Below are positions 1 to 9,845 of a stretch of 49,454 nt of DNA, in pieces; position 1 is the stretch's first letter, and each line of letters starts with the position of its first letter. Below the pieces are notes generated by a model, which was not told where the DNA came from, did not search any database, and was given only the letters and a program-made list of their open reading frames with translations. The stretch spans positions 1-49,454 of the forward strand of contig DAIDLF010000022.1 in assembly GCA_027449645.1 (NCBI GenBank). Reading direction: 5' to 3'. The translations under genes and the position numbers were made by a program. This stretch comes from Candidatus Parcubacteria bacterium (GTDB lineage Bacteria > Patescibacteriota > Minisyncoccia > UBA6257 > 2-01-FULL-56-20).

Positions 1-1
1 A

Positions 2-364
2 TGGGATTCGAAGCGCATCGGCATCACCGCGCCGCCCCTGGAGACCAAATACGGCTGGCTCCTTTGCTATCACGGCATCTCGCGCCGCAGCGGCCATTAC
101 AACGTACGCGTGGCCCTGCTCGACGAAAAGGACCCGACCAAGGTGCTCTATCGCACCAAAGACCCCCTTTTGGAGCCCAAAATGCCTTACGAGCGCGAGG
201 GCATCGTGAACAATGTAGTGTTTCCCTGCGGTGCCGTGGTGATCGGCGACAAGGCGCTCGTGTACTATGGCGGCGCCGACAAGGTGGTGGGCGTGGCTTC
301 CGTCAATATTGATTTCCTGGTGGAGGGGCTGGTGCGCGAGGCCGAGGAAGAGGGGAACGCATAG
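2..364 (+). CDS. C-terminal fragment of a GH130/DUF377-type beta-propeller glycosidase or phosphorylase (5' end lies outside the window)
   Basis: Frame 2 is open from the window edge. The sequence ...YGWLLCYHGISRRSGHYNVRVALLDEKDP...VVFPCGAVVIGDKALVYYGGADKVVGVA resembles the last blades of GH130-like enzymes. Stop codon at 362-364. Confidence 0.55.
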   Translation, partial: WDSKRIGITAPPLETKYGWLLCYHGISRRSGHYNVRVALLDEKDPTKVLYRTKDPLLEPKMPYEREGIVNNVVFPCGAVVIGDKALVYYGGADKVVGVASVNIDFLVEGLVREAEEEGNA

Positions 365-374
365 CCCGCGCCGC

Positions 375-403
375 TTGACAGGGCCTGCGGGGCGGGTATA
401 TAG
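375..403 (+). promoter_or_regulatory. Sigma70-like promoter upstream of the MarR gene
   Basis: TTGACA at 375-380, then a 16-17 nt spacer, then TATATA/ATATAG at 397-403. Confidence 0.45.
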
Positions 404-417
404 TTAAGGAGCTTAAC
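403..417. promoter_or_regulatory. Perfect 6-3-6 palindrome, candidate MarR operator
   Basis: GTTAAGgagCTTAAC overlaps the -10/+1 region directly upstream of the MarR gene. Confidence 0.4.
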
Positions 418-437
418 AATTAGCTCACGGAATAATT

Positions 438-878
438 ATGCCCAGACGCGAAAGTGCCATGAACGAACTGGTGTCCCTCGTGTTTGCCATGGGGCGCGTG
501 GTGCGGGACAAGGTTCAGACCAAAGAGGATGACGGGAAGGGCTCCTGCCACTCCCTGCTTGGTTTCGAGGTGCTCCGCTACGTGGAAGATGCCGGACGGC
601 CGCATATGCGGGATATCGCAAGGCATTTCCACGTGACGCCGCCTTCGGCCACGCTCATGGTGGACGGCCTGGTGAAGGGAAAGATGCTCCGGCGCATCCT
701 GGACCCGAAGGACCGCCGCTCGGTGCGCCTTGCGCTCACGCCGCGAGGCAAGAAGGCGATCCTGCAGGGCATGGCCAATAAAGTGAAGGGACTCACGGAG
801 ATGTTCAAAGTGCTTACCCCTTCAGAACGCCTGCGTTTCGCCGCGATCCTCAGGAAAGTCGTCGCCAATAACTCATAA
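438..878 (+). CDS. MarR family transcriptional regulator
   Basis: 146 aa with an ATG start. Winged-helix signature: ...LRYVEDAGRPHMRDIARHFHVTPPSATLMVDGLVKGKMLRRILDPKDRRSVRLALTPRGK. Confidence 0.85.
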   Translation: MPRRESAMNELVSLVFAMGRVVRDKVQTKEDDGKGSCHSLLGFEVLRYVEDAGRPHMRDIARHFHVTPPSATLMVDGLVKGKMLRRILDPKDRRSVRLALTPRGKKAILQGMANKVKGLTEMFKVLTPSERLRFAAILRKVVANNS

Positions 879-893
879 CCCATTTCCATTTTT

Positions 894-2396
894 ATGAAGC
901 ATTTCTTCAAAAGCAAAATCAATCTTATGGCCACGGGAGCCGTGGTCCTCGTGCTTGCCGGCGCCGGCGTGTATTGGTACATAACCACGAACGTCGCCCC
1001 GACTTTCGGTGAGGTCACCGTGGGAAAAGGGAATGTAGTGGAGGCGGTTGACGAATCGGGCAGCGTGCTTGCGGAGGCGAGCGCCGCCGTCTCGTTTCAG
1101 GAAGGCGGGCAGATCGCCCATGTCTACGTGAGCGAAGGCAGCACGGTTGCCGCAGGGACGGTGCTGGCCGACCTTGATGCGACCCAGCTTGCCGCGTCGG
1201 CGGAGCAGGCGAAAGCAACCCTTGCGGGCGCCCAAGCGCAATTGAGCCAGCTCACGAGCGGCACGCGCCCCGAACAGATCCAGATTGACCAAAGCGCCGT
1301 GACGAGCGCGCACCAGACGCTCGCGATCGCCGTCACGAACGCCTACAGTTCGGCCAATGATGCCGTGCGCAACCAGCTCGACAATCTTTTTTCCAATACC
1401 CAGACGAAAAATCCCACATTCCTCGTCCCGGAGAACGACTCCCAGGCGGTGATCAACATCCAAAGCCAGCGGATCCAGCTTGGCGTGGCCCTGGACCAGT
1501 GGTATGCGTCGCTTTCCGCCACAAGCACCGATCCGGCATCGCTCTCCGGCACGGCCATTTCCACGCTCCAGCAGGTGCAGTCGTACATCAATATGATCAC
1601 CCTCGCGGTGAACAGCGTGACGCCGGGATCGGCCATCACGGCCTCCACACTTGCCCAATATAAGGCGAATGTCGCCGCGGCGCTTGCAGAAGTGGAAGGT
1701 TCGGTGAGCGCGGTGCAGGGCGACAGTTCGGCGCTGACGGCCGCGCAGAATGTGCTCGCGCTTGCGCAGGCCGGCGCCACGTCCCAGCAGATCGAGGCCC
1801 AGCAGGCCGCGGTGGCCGCGGCACAGGCCGCCGTCACGAACGCGCAGGTGGCGCTGGATCACGCGTCGCTTGTCGCGCCGTTTTCGGGAACCGTGCAGGA
1901 TCTCACGGCGCAGGCGGGACAGGTGGTCGCCGCGGGCGCGCCGATGATGTCGCTCATCAACAACAGCGGACTGAAGATAGAGGCATATGTCTCGGAATCC
2001 GACGTGGCAAAGATCAAGACGGGCGATGCCGCCGCCGTGACGCTCGATGCATTCGGCACAGGAACGACCTTCCCGGCGACGGTGACCACGATCGATGCCG
2101 CCGAAACGCAGGTGAACGGCTCCGCGGCATATATGGTGACCCTGCACTTCACCAATCCCGACAGCCGGATCAAGGACGGCATGACGGGCAACGTGCGCAT
2201 CATCGAAGCGGAGCACGACAACGTGGTGGAGGTGCCGAGCAATCTGGTGATCAACGACAACGGGAACTATTTCGTCTTGAGCGGCAACGGCAATGCGCTT
2301 CAGAAAAAGCCGGTTCAGATCGGCCTTGTGGGCGACAACGGCATGACCGAGATCGTTTCCGGGCTCCAGGCCGGCGACCACATCAACAACCTTTAA
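894..2396 (+). CDS. HlyD-family membrane-fusion (periplasmic adaptor) protein with a long Ala/Gln-rich coiled coil
   Basis: 500 aa with an N-terminal TM helix. Lipoyl-like motifs (V..GS.V.AG.VLA.LD and LVAPFSGTVQDL) flank a long coiled coil, followed by a beta-barrel C-terminus. Confidence 0.8.
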   Translation: MKHFFKSKINLMATGAVVLVLAGAGVYWYITTNVAPTFGEVTVGKGNVVEAVDESGSVLAEASAAVSFQEGGQIAHVYVSEGSTVAAGTVLADLDATQLAASAEQAKATLAGAQAQLSQLTSGTRPEQIQIDQSAVTSAHQTLAIAVTNAYSSANDAVRNQLDNLFSNTQTKNPTFLVPENDSQAVINIQSQRIQLGVALDQWYASLSATSTDPASLSGTAISTLQQVQSYINMITLAVNSVTPGSAITASTLAQYKANVAAALAEVEGSVSAVQGDSSALTAAQNVLALAQAGATSQQIEAQQAAVAAAQAAVTNAQVALDHASLVAPFSGTVQDLTAQAGQVVAAGAPMMSLINNSGLKIEAYVSESDVAKIKTGDAAAVTLDAFGTGTTFPATVTTIDAAETQVNGSAAYMVTLHFTNPDSRIKDGMTGNVRIIEAEHDNVVEVPSNLVINDNGNYFVLSGNGNALQKKPVQIGLVGDNGMTEIVSGLQAGDHINNL

Positions 2397-2414
2397 CATC
2401 CATTTTCCATTTCC

Positions 2415-3050
2415 ATGGCTGAACCGAAAACGACCAACAAGAAACTCATTGCGTGGACCATCGGCGGCATGCTGGCGATCTTCGCCGTAGGCGGCGGGCT
2501 CTATTGGTATGTGAGCTCGCAGACGGTCTATATCGACCTTTCGCAGATCCAGGCGCCCCTCATCAACCTTTCTCCGGTGAATTCCGGCGTATTAGAGGCG
2601 GTCTATGTGAATGTGGGGGATACGGTGGCGGTGAATCAGCCGGTGGCGCGGGTGGGCAACGAGATCGTGAAGGCGAAGATCGCGGGCCAGATCGTCTCGG
2701 TGGACAATAACATCGGCGAATATGTGAACGTGATGACGGGAGCGGGAACGGTGGCGACCATGATCGATCCGACCCAGCTGCGCGTCGTGGGGAATCTCGA
2801 CGAGAACAAGGGCCTCGCCGACATCAAAGTGGGCGATCCGGCGACCTTTACCGTGGACGCTTTCGGCTCACAGGTATTCAAAGGCGTCGTGGACGAGGTA
2901 AGCCCGACCTCGGAGCAGAGCGATGTGGTATTCAACATTTCCGACCAGCGTCCCACTAATCAGTTTGCCGTGAAGGTCCGTTTTGACCTTGCGAAGTATC
3001 CTCAGCTCAAGAACGGCATGTCCGCGAAAATCTGGGTGTATAAGCAGTAA
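2415..3050 (+). CDS. Short HlyD/EmrA-like secretion adaptor protein
   Basis: 211 aa with an N-terminal TM helix. Motifs: SGVLEAVYVNVGDTVAVNQPVARV ... AKIAGQIVSV ... V.V.FD. Confidence 0.75.
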   Translation: MAEPKTTNKKLIAWTIGGMLAIFAVGGGLYWYVSSQTVYIDLSQIQAPLINLSPVNSGVLEAVYVNVGDTVAVNQPVARVGNEIVKAKIAGQIVSVDNNIGEYVNVMTGAGTVATMIDPTQLRVVGNLDENKGLADIKVGDPATFTVDAFGSQVFKGVVDEVSPTSEQSDVVFNISDQRPTNQFAVKVRFDLAKYPQLKNGMSAKIWVYKQ

Positions 3051-3059
3051 GCCCCGGCC

Positions 3060-4574
3060 ATGGCAGACGAGGCAAACGGAAAAACGGACGGCGGGAGCAA
3101 CCTGCGCTGGTGGGTGCTTTTCACGGTCATTTTTGGCACTTTCCTCGGGAGGCTTGACCAGACGGTGGTAAACCTTGCCCTGCCGAAGATCATCGGCGAT
3201 TTCAGCATCAGCGTATCCAGCGCGGCGTGGATCTCTACGGCGTATATCCTCGCGAATGCGGTCTTCGTGCCGGTTTGGGGCAAGCTCGGCGACACGGCGG
3301 GACGCAAGAAGATCTACCTGATCGGTTTCATCGGCTTTACGATCGCCTCGGGACTTTGCGCGCTCGCATGGAACCTGAGTTCCATGATCGTCTTCCGCAT
3401 CATCCAGGGGTTCGCGGTGTCCGCGGATTATCCTACGGCGATGGCGATCATCGCCATCACGTTCCGCGACATGAAGGAGCGCGCCCAGGCGCTCGGCATC
3501 TGGTCGGCGGCCTTCGCCGCCGCGTCGGTCTTCGGCCCGCTCATCGGCGGCCCGCTCATCGACAACTTCAACTGGCGCGCGGTGTTCTTCATCAACATTC
3601 CCCTTGGCGTCGTCGGACTCTTCCTCGCAATGGTCTTCATTGACGAATCGGTGGGTGAGAAAAAGAGCGTGAAGTTCGACTGGTGGGGCGCGGTATCCCT
3701 CGGCGCCGCACTCGGCTTCCTTACGCTCGTTTTGGACCAGGGACAGACATGGGGATGGACGTCCGGACCGAGCATCCTGTGCTATCTCGCGACCATCGTT
3801 TCCGCCGCATGGTTTTATTTCGTGGAGATCCGCGAGCCGGAGCCGATCGTGGACTTCAAATTCTTCAAAATCGGCATTTTCAACACCACCCTGCTCAATA
3901 ATTTCATCGTGTTCATGGCGCTCATCGGGGCGATCTTCCTCATCCCGATCTTCGCGGAGACCTTCCTCGGCTATAACGCCACGCAGACCGGCTATCTCTT
4001 CATCCCGCTCGCGATTGCCATGGTGATCGCGGCACCGCTCGGGGGAAGGCTTATTGGGAAAGTGAAGCCGAGCTACGTCATCTTCTGGAGCACGTTCGTC
4101 TGCGGCCTCGGCATCCTCATGCTCGGCGGCATTGATGCGCGCTGGACGGCCATGGATATCATCATTCCGATGTGCATTATGGCGTTCGGACTCGGCTTCG
4201 GCATGGCCCAGCGCACCAACCTGGTCGCGGTGGCCGTGCCACACGAGGAAATCGGCGAGGCCTCGGCCATCCTTGCGCTGGTGCGCAATATTTCGGGAGC
4301 GTTCGGAGTGGCGATCTTCAGCACCCTGCTCAACAATGCCACCAATGGCAACGTGTTCAAGGCCGTGTCGCACAGCGTGATCAACGTAGTGAACAATCCC
4401 CGGGTCACCCAGCAGTTTGTGGGCCTTATCGAGCTCAAGGCGCAGGTCGCGGGTTACGCGACGGTCTTTCAAGTGGCTGCCTGGATCGTCATCATTGGAT
4501 CATTCACTTCTTTCCTGATCAACGTACCGCGCGAGGCGGTCACTGCCGAACATCACGTGGTCGTCGAAGGATAG
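3060..4574 (+). CDS. MFS transporter, DHA2 (EmrB/QacA-like, about 14 TMS) drug:H+ antiporter
   Basis: 504 aa. Contains LDQTVVNLALPKI and GKLGDTAGRKKIYLIGF motifs with many TM segments. Lies in an operon with the two HlyD genes. Confidence 0.85.
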   Translation: MADEANGKTDGGSNLRWWVLFTVIFGTFLGRLDQTVVNLALPKIIGDFSISVSSAAWISTAYILANAVFVPVWGKLGDTAGRKKIYLIGFIGFTIASGLCALAWNLSSMIVFRIIQGFAVSADYPTAMAIIAITFRDMKERAQALGIWSAAFAAASVFGPLIGGPLIDNFNWRAVFFINIPLGVVGLFLAMVFIDESVGEKKSVKFDWWGAVSLGAALGFLTLVLDQGQTWGWTSGPSILCYLATIVSAAWFYFVEIREPEPIVDFKFFKIGIFNTTLLNNFIVFMALIGAIFLIPIFAETFLGYNATQTGYLFIPLAIAMVIAAPLGGRLIGKVKPSYVIFWSTFVCGLGILMLGGIDARWTAMDIIIPMCIMAFGLGFGMAQRTNLVAVAVPHEEIGEASAILALVRNISGAFGVAIFSTLLNNATNGNVFKAVSHSVINVVNNPRVTQQFVGLIELKAQVAGYATVFQVAAWIVIIGSFTSFLINVPREAVTAEHHVVVEG

Positions 4575-4590
4575 GCCGCCCTCCATCACC

Positions 4591-5703
4591 ATGCCAAAGA
4601 CATTCATAATTACCCTCGCGGTGTTCGAGGCATTGCTTATCCTGGTACACCTTGCCGTCTATGCCACGCTTTCGGCGGCGTTCGGCATCGGCGGAGTCTG
4701 GTGGGAAGCGCTTTTTGTCGCCCTCGCCTTCACCTTCGTTTCTGCAAGCGTCCTCGCGCGCTATTTCTCCCATCGCGCGGTCGCATGGTATTACGCATTC
4801 GCCGCCTATTGGTTCGGCCTGGTGCACTTTTTGTTCGGGGGCGGCGTCCTGTTCTTTGCGGCGATGGCGCTTTCTTATGCGTTCGGATGGTATCCGCCGC
4901 TTGCCCTGCTTGGCGCGGCGTGCTTCGGCGCGGCATTCCTGGTCCATAGTTATGCCACGTGGAATAGCGGTCGTGCAGAGATCACGAGGGTCGCGGTGCA
5001 TCTTCCCGGATTGCCGGCCGAGTGGCAGGGGAGGAAGATCGCGTTTGTGAGCGATGTGCACCTGGGGAATGTCCGCAGCGCGGCATTTGCCGCAAAGGTG
5101 GCCCGAAAGATCGCGGCCCTTGCGCCGTGGGCGCTCCTTATCGGCGGCGACCTCTATGACGGCACCCTGTGCAATGAGGAGGCGATGCTTGCGCCATGGC
5201 GGACGCTGATTCCGCAACTTCCCGGAGGAAGCTATTTTGTGACCGGCAACCACGAATATTATCTCCGGAACGGGGAAATCGGCCGGGCCATTGCCGCGAT
5301 CAAGGGCGTCGGTATCCGCGTACTGGACAATGAAGCGATTGACCTGGATGGCATCCAACTTGTGGGCGTGGACGACAAGAGCGTAGCGGAACAGGGATCC
5401 TTTCCGCGCGTGCTTGAAGGGATCCCGCGTGCCGCGGGCGCGCCGAGCATCCTGTTGCGGCACATACCTCTGGAGCTTGAGGTTCCGGCCAAAGAGGGCT
5501 TTTCCCTTGTCCTTTCGGGACACACCCATCAGGGCCAGATTTTTCCGCTCAATCTGCTTACCCGGCGGATCTATCGCGGCTATGATTACGGCCTGAAGCC
5601 GTACGGCGCGATGCAGGTATATACCTCGAGCGGCGTCGGTACGTGGGGGCCGCCGCTGCGGCTCGGGACAAAATCGGAGATCGTGCTGATCGAGTTCTCT
5701 TAG
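4591..5703 (+). CDS. Membrane-anchored metallophosphoesterase (calcineurin-like)
   Basis: 370 aa. About 4 N-terminal TM helices, then SDVHLG, GGDLYDG, GNHEYY and SGHTHQGQ phosphoesterase motifs. Confidence 0.8.
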   Translation: MPKTFIITLAVFEALLILVHLAVYATLSAAFGIGGVWWEALFVALAFTFVSASVLARYFSHRAVAWYYAFAAYWFGLVHFLFGGGVLFFAAMALSYAFGWYPPLALLGAACFGAAFLVHSYATWNSGRAEITRVAVHLPGLPAEWQGRKIAFVSDVHLGNVRSAAFAAKVARKIAALAPWALLIGGDLYDGTLCNEEAMLAPWRTLIPQLPGGSYFVTGNHEYYLRNGEIGRAIAAIKGVGIRVLDNEAIDLDGIQLVGVDDKSVAEQGSFPRVLEGIPRAAGAPSILLRHIPLELEVPAKEGFSLVLSGHTHQGQIFPLNLLTRRIYRGYDYGLKPYGAMQVYTSSGVGTWGPPLRLGTKSEIVLIEFS

Positions 5704-6857
5704 TCGCCGTCTTTGCGGTGCGATTTTCCTTGATAGTATTTCTTCCCTTTCAGTTTGTCCGGCAACATATCGCGTCCGGTATATTTTTCGTAGCCTTTGC
5801 CGTAATCCAGCTCTTTCATGAGCTTGGTGACGGCATTGCGGATCTCGAGCGGGATCGGCAGGTTGCCATGCCGCTTCACGTCATCCAGCGCCTCAAAATA
5901 GGCGTGATAAGCGCTCTTGTCCTTCGGTGCGAGCGAGAGATAGACCGTGCCGTGGGCAAGGTTGATCTGCGCCTCCGGCATGCCGATGGTCTCCACGGCG
6001 CGGAACACGTCGTTTGCCACCACGAGCGCGGTGGGTTGGGCCATGCCGATGTCCTCTGAGGCGAAGATGACCATGCGCCGCGCGATGCACTTCGGATCCT
6101 CGCCGGCATCCACCATGCGCGCCAGATAATAGAGCGCCGCATCCGGCTGGCTTGCCCGCATGCTCTTGATGAAGGCGCTTATCGTGTTGTAGTGTTCCTC
6201 GCCTTTCTTGTCGAAGCGGAGGAACTTGCTTTGGATGGTCTCTTTAAGTGCATTCACGGTGACCTTTCCGTAAAGCTGCTGCGCGTTTTCCAATACCGTG
6301 ATCGCCTGGCGCGCATCGCCGTTCGCCATGCGGACAAGCCAATCGCGCGCCTCGGCGCCCACCTTGATGCCGGTCCTCACAATGATCTTCGCCATGTCTT
6401 CGTCGGTAAGCTCGTGCAAGACGAACACGCGGCATCGCGACAGGAGTGCGGGGATCACTTCAAAGCTCGGGTTTTCCGTGGTCGCCCCGATGAGCACGAG
6501 GTCCCCGCGCTCCACATAAGGGAGCAGGAAATCCTGCTGGGCCTTGTTGAAGCGGTGGATTTCGTCCAGGAAAAGGATCTTCGGCCCAGGGAGAAGCTTG
6601 CCCCGGTTCACGATCTCCTTGATATCGTCCTTGCCCGCCGACACCGCCGAAAGCTCGAAAAGCTGGGCCTTGAGGGAGTGCGCATAGATCTTCGCAAGAG
6701 TCGTCTTTCCCACGCCCGGCGGTCCCCATAAAATAAATGAGAAAAGGTGCCCCTCTTTGATGGCGGTGCGGAGCGGTTTGCCGGGACCCACCAGATGCTC
6801 CTGTCCCACGAACTCGTCCAGGCTCTTGGGCCTGATTTTTGATGCCAGCGGTTCCAT
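5700..6857 (-). CDS. rarA: Replication-associated recombination protein A (AAA+ ATPase)
   Basis: 385 aa. Contains [16 protein letters not shown]..., Walker [26 protein letters not shown] and a MgsA C-terminal domain. Its stop overlaps the convergent stop of the upstream gene. Confidence 0.9.
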   Translation of the reverse strand: MEPLASKIRPKSLDEFVGQEHLVGPGKPLRTAIKEGHLFSFILWGPPGVGKTTLAKIYAHSLKAQLFELSAVSAGKDDIKEIVNRGKLLPGPKILFLDEIHRFNKAQQDFLLPYVERGDLVLIGATTENPSFEVIPALLSRCRVFVLHELTDEDMAKIIVRTGIKVGAEARDWLVRMANGDARQAITVLENAQQLYGKVTVNALKETIQSKFLRFDKKGEEHYNTISAFIKSMRASQPDAALYYLARMVDAGEDPKCIARRMVIFASEDIGMAQPTALVVANDVFRAVETIGMPEAQINLAHGTVYLSLAPKDKSAYHAYFEALDDVKRHGNLPIPLEIRNAVTKLMKELDYGKGYEKYTGRDMLPDKLKGKKYYQGKSHRKDGD

Positions 6858-6947
6858 ATGGCTTCAATATAGAACCTCTCATGCAAATACTCCAGCCCCG
6901 CCGGCGCGGCCGGTCTTTAAGGAATTCTTTAGGGGTGGCATGGCATA

Positions 6948-7589
6948 ATGAGCGGAGTCGAAATCACGCATAACCAACCATTATTTCATCACGCCATGCC
7001 CACGCGAAGAAAAGGCAAGCCGGAGGAGCCGGCAGAGGAGGAAGACACCCTTGAGGACCTTTTGGTGCTGCAGCTCAGGGAGATGTATGACGTAGCCACA
7101 GAAATCAAGAAAATGCTGCCAAAAATCATGAAAAAAATCGCTCATCCGGAATTGCAGGAGAGATGCGAGGCGCAGCGCGCAGCGGCCGAGGATCGCGCGC
7201 GGCAACTCGAAGGGATATTCCTGAAAATGGAGATCACGCCCCAAAAGTTTCCCTCTGCCGCGGTGCGGGGACTTGCCGAGGATGCCGAATGGACCGGCAA
7301 GAACCTTTCCGGGACTTCCGTGCGGGACGCGGGGCTTGCGGCCACGCTTAGGCTGGTCCAGCATTACGAGCTTATCCTTTACGTGGAGGCCTCATCGTGG
7401 GCAGAACGCCTTGAATTCGGCGAGGTCGCAGAAATCCTCAAGGAGGCTGCGCACGACATGGAAGAGGATATCCGTGCCTTTGCGGCATTTGCCGTCTCGC
7501 ACATTGACGATATTGCCGCAGGGGAGGATGACGGGGATGATGAGGATGAGGACGAGGATAATGAGCAACGCGACGAGGAGGAAAGTTGA
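6948..7589 (+). CDS. Ferritin-like DUF892 (YciE/YciF-type) protein with a poly-acidic C-terminal tail
   Basis: 213 aa. The sequence LLVLQLREMYDVATEIKKMLPKIMKKIAHPELQ... is typical of DUF892. The tail is GEDDGDDEDEDEDNEQRDEEE. The start is uncertain; an alternative ATG lies at 6996. Confidence 0.6.
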   Translation: MSGVEITHNQPLFHHAMPTRRKGKPEEPAEEEDTLEDLLVLQLREMYDVATEIKKMLPKIMKKIAHPELQERCEAQRAAAEDRARQLEGIFLKMEITPQKFPSAAVRGLAEDAEWTGKNLSGTSVRDAGLAATLRLVQHYELILYVEASSWAERLEFGEVAEILKEAAHDMEEDIRAFAAFAVSHIDDIAAGEDDGDDEDEDEDNEQRDEEES

Positions 7590-7601
7590 GCGGCGCCCCG
7601 C

Positions 7602-8714
7602 TTAATCAAGTGAGACAGTCTGGAGTACGGGTTCGCTCTGCCCGTCGATGACGGTAAAATTTATCCTGCCGATGACCGCGCCGCTCAGGGTTTCCACGTT
7701 CACGCGCCATGCGCCCGCGGCATGCGGGGTCATTTCGGAAAAAGTGCGCCAGCCGCCGTCGCTTCCTCCGGTAACGGCAAGCGTGATGCGGCTTTCGGTC
7801 ACCCAGCCTTTTGCGGCGGGATCATCGTATTGCCATTCATGGATAATGGGAAGATTGAACTGTGCGGGGGAGAATATCGCGGTATAGGCATATAAGGGAT
7901 CGCCGGCGACAAGATGAACCGGCGTGCTCGGCTGAAGGAAATTCCACCACGGCGCAGGGACCTCCTCGGTCACGGTATAGTGTCCCGGCGCATTGACGGT
8001 GAGCGAATGATAGATCTCGCCATCTTTGAGCGAAAGGGGCAAAGGGGGAATGAGGTTCAGGTAGTAAAGAAGGTTTACGGCGGCGAATACCCCGAGGACG
8101 ATGCCGGCGAGCGCCAGAAACTGCCCTTTGAATCGTTCCCGCGCGGCAAAGCGCAGAAGGACCAGGAAAAGGCCGATGGCGGCAAGGCTCAATGCGCCGC
8201 TTTCGATGAATACGGCATTGCTGACTGAGTGTACGAGCACGGGGACAATGAAGATGGCATAGGCGAAGACTGAAAGGAAGAGCAGGGCTATCTGGAAGCG
8301 GAGGCGGGCATAGTGGCGCTTGAGCGACTCGTTCGCGACGAACGCGGCCGCGAGAAGGACCATGAAGGGCCAGCTGACGCTCAGGCTGCCGGCGCGGAAA
8401 TAGTAGACGAGGAACGTGCTCAAAAGGCCGCCAAAGAACCATTGGAGGACGTTGACCAGCCAGAAGTGGAGGGTGGCAGGGTTCTTTTCATCGGCTGCGG
8501 CGGTGGGGGACCTGTTCTCCAGATAATTGACAAGGAAAATGCTGGAAGCGACGATGAGCAGGTGGACAACGACCCAGAAATTCTCCCAAAAGAGGTCCAC
8601 GCGGGTGAGGGTGACGGCGTCAAAAATAAAGCCTCCGACAAGGGAAATGGAGGAGATCGGCCGTTCAAACCTTGCGTACCAGTTGCGCCACCAGTGGAAT
8701 GCCTTTTTGATCAT
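7602..8714 (-). CDS. Multi-pass membrane protein with a C-terminal beta-rich (DUF2914-like) domain
   Basis: The ORF is open up to a TTG at 8762; the first ATG is at 8714. It has 8-9 TM helices, then ...HEWQYDD..GW..ESRITL.VTGGSDGGWRTFS....AGAWRVNVET.SGAVIGRINFTV. Confidence 0.55.
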   Translation of the reverse strand: MIKKAFHWWRNWYARFERPISSISLVGGFIFDAVTLTRVDLFWENFWVVVHLLIVASSIFLVNYLENRSPTAAADEKNPATLHFWLVNVLQWFFGGLLSTFLVYYFRAGSLSVSWPFMVLLAAAFVANESLKRHYARLRFQIALLFLSVFAYAIFIVPVLVHSVSNAVFIESGALSLAAIGLFLVLLRFAARERFKGQFLALAGIVLGVFAAVNLLYYLNLIPPLPLSLKDGEIYHSLTVNAPGHYTVTEEVPAPWWNFLQPSTPVHLVAGDPLYAYTAIFSPAQFNLPIIHEWQYDDPAAKGWVTESRITLAVTGGSDGGWRTFSEMTPHAAGAWRVNVETLSGAVIGRINFTVIDGQSEPVLQTVSLD

Positions 8715-8788
8715 GGGTGCGATGACTCGCTTATCGTACCGCGCGGCCTCCGCCGCCGTCAAAACCCGCGTACCGCGCGCGGCTATTT

Positions 8789-8819
8789 ACTTTACAAAGT
8801 AAAGTGAGTGGCGTATACT
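8789..8819 (+). promoter_or_regulatory. Candidate hxlR-type promoter with an embedded 7-3-7 inverted repeat (operator)
   Basis: TTTACA at 8791-8796, a 17 nt spacer, then TATACT at 8814-8819. The inverted repeat ACTTTACaaaGTAAAGT at 8789-8805 lies in the spacer. Confidence 0.4.
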
Positions 8820-9143
8820 TGCGGAGTGACCAGGCAATACGAGGAAAAAACCTGTCCGATCGCGCGCATGGCCGATCTCCTGGGGGATACTTGCACCGTG
8901 CTCATCATCCGCGACCTGCTTGAAGGCAAGAAGCGCTTCGGTGAGCTGGAGCATTCGCTTGCGGGAGTGAGCACGCGGACCCTTGCCAAGAAGCTCAGGA
9001 TACTCGAAGCGCACGGCATGCTTCGCAGGGAAGAATATCGGGAAAAGCCTCCGCGCGTGGAATATGCACTGACGGAAAAAGGTCGAAAGCTGGGAAGCAT
9101 CACGAAAGCGATGAAAGCATACGGAGAGCGGTATCTGCGTTAA
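8808..9143 (+). CDS. HxlR family transcriptional regulator
   Basis: Contains CPIARMADLLGDTCTVLIIRDLLEGKKRFGELEHSLAGVSTRTLAKKLRILEAHGMLRREEY...VEYALTEKG. The ORF begins with GTG at 8808, and an in-frame GTG at 8826 is also possible. Confidence 0.85.
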   Translation: MAYTCGVTRQYEEKTCPIARMADLLGDTCTVLIIRDLLEGKKRFGELEHSLAGVSTRTLAKKLRILEAHGMLRREEYREKPPRVEYALTEKGRKLGSITKAMKAYGERYLR

Positions 9144-9172
9144 AAAAGCATAAACATCATTTTATCAATCAT

Positions 9173-9811
9173 ATGGACCACAAAGAGATCATTAAGGCGT
9201 TGGAATGGCGGTATGCGACCAAAATATTCGATCCCGCAAAGAAAGTGAGCGACGAGGACATGCATACCATCCTCGAGAGCGCCAGACTGGCGCCGAGTTC
9301 GGTCGGCATCGAGCCATGGAAGTTTTTGGTGGTGGCCAACCCCGAGGTGCGGACGAAACTCCGCGCCGCCGGATACGATCAGCCGAAGATCACCGATGCC
9401 TCGCATCTTGTGGTGATCGCCCGCCGCACCGACGCCGAGGCGTTGCCCGGCGAGCTCATTGCGCGCGCCGCAAAGATAGAAGGGAAGGCCCCCGAGGAGC
9501 TGGCCGGCCTGAGGCAGATGGCGGAAGGCACCATTGGCGCGAGGACGGATGCCGCGCTTCGCGGAGAGTATCTCGCGCGCCAGACCTACATTCCGCTCGG
9601 CATCATGGTGGAGACGGCGTCGCTCCTCGGCGTGGATAATTGCCCAATGGAAGGCTTCGATCCCGACCAGGTGGCGGCGATCCTCGGTCTTGCGGCGAAA
9701 AATCTCTATCCGGTGGCCATGATCGCCTTCGGGTATCGCGGGGACGATGCGTTCGCCAAGATCCCGAAAGTGCGCCGCAGCTTCGAGGAAGCGGTGGAAT
9801 TCATCGCCTAA
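9173..9811 (+). CDS. NAD(P)H nitroreductase family oxidoreductase (NfsB-like)
   Basis: 212 aa. Contains RYATKIFDP.KKVSDEDMHTILESARLAPSSVGIEPWKFLVV. Paired with the HxlR regulator. Confidence 0.8.
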   Translation: MDHKEIIKALEWRYATKIFDPAKKVSDEDMHTILESARLAPSSVGIEPWKFLVVANPEVRTKLRAAGYDQPKITDASHLVVIARRTDAEALPGELIARAAKIEGKAPEELAGLRQMAEGTIGARTDAALRGEYLARQTYIPLGIMVETASLLGVDNCPMEGFDPDQVAAILGLAAKNLYPVAMIAFGYRGDDAFAKIPKVRRSFEEAVEFIA

Positions 9812-9845
9812 CGGCCGATGGCGCGGGGCATCAAGGCCGGGGAGG

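Noticed and set aside
873-2399. A 508-aa ORF on the minus strand. It is one of many long antisense ORFs of the same kind, including 2868-4472 (-), 14508-16064 (+), 18815-20263 (+), 39096-40355 (-), 41298-42851 (-), 42643-44232 (-), 44012-45124 (-) and 45557-47050 (-).
   Set aside because: Each lies exactly antisense to a gene with clear family motifs. Their products are Arg/Gly/His/Asp-rich and low-complexity, as expected for shadow ORFs in about 60% GC DNA. None shows recognisable domains.
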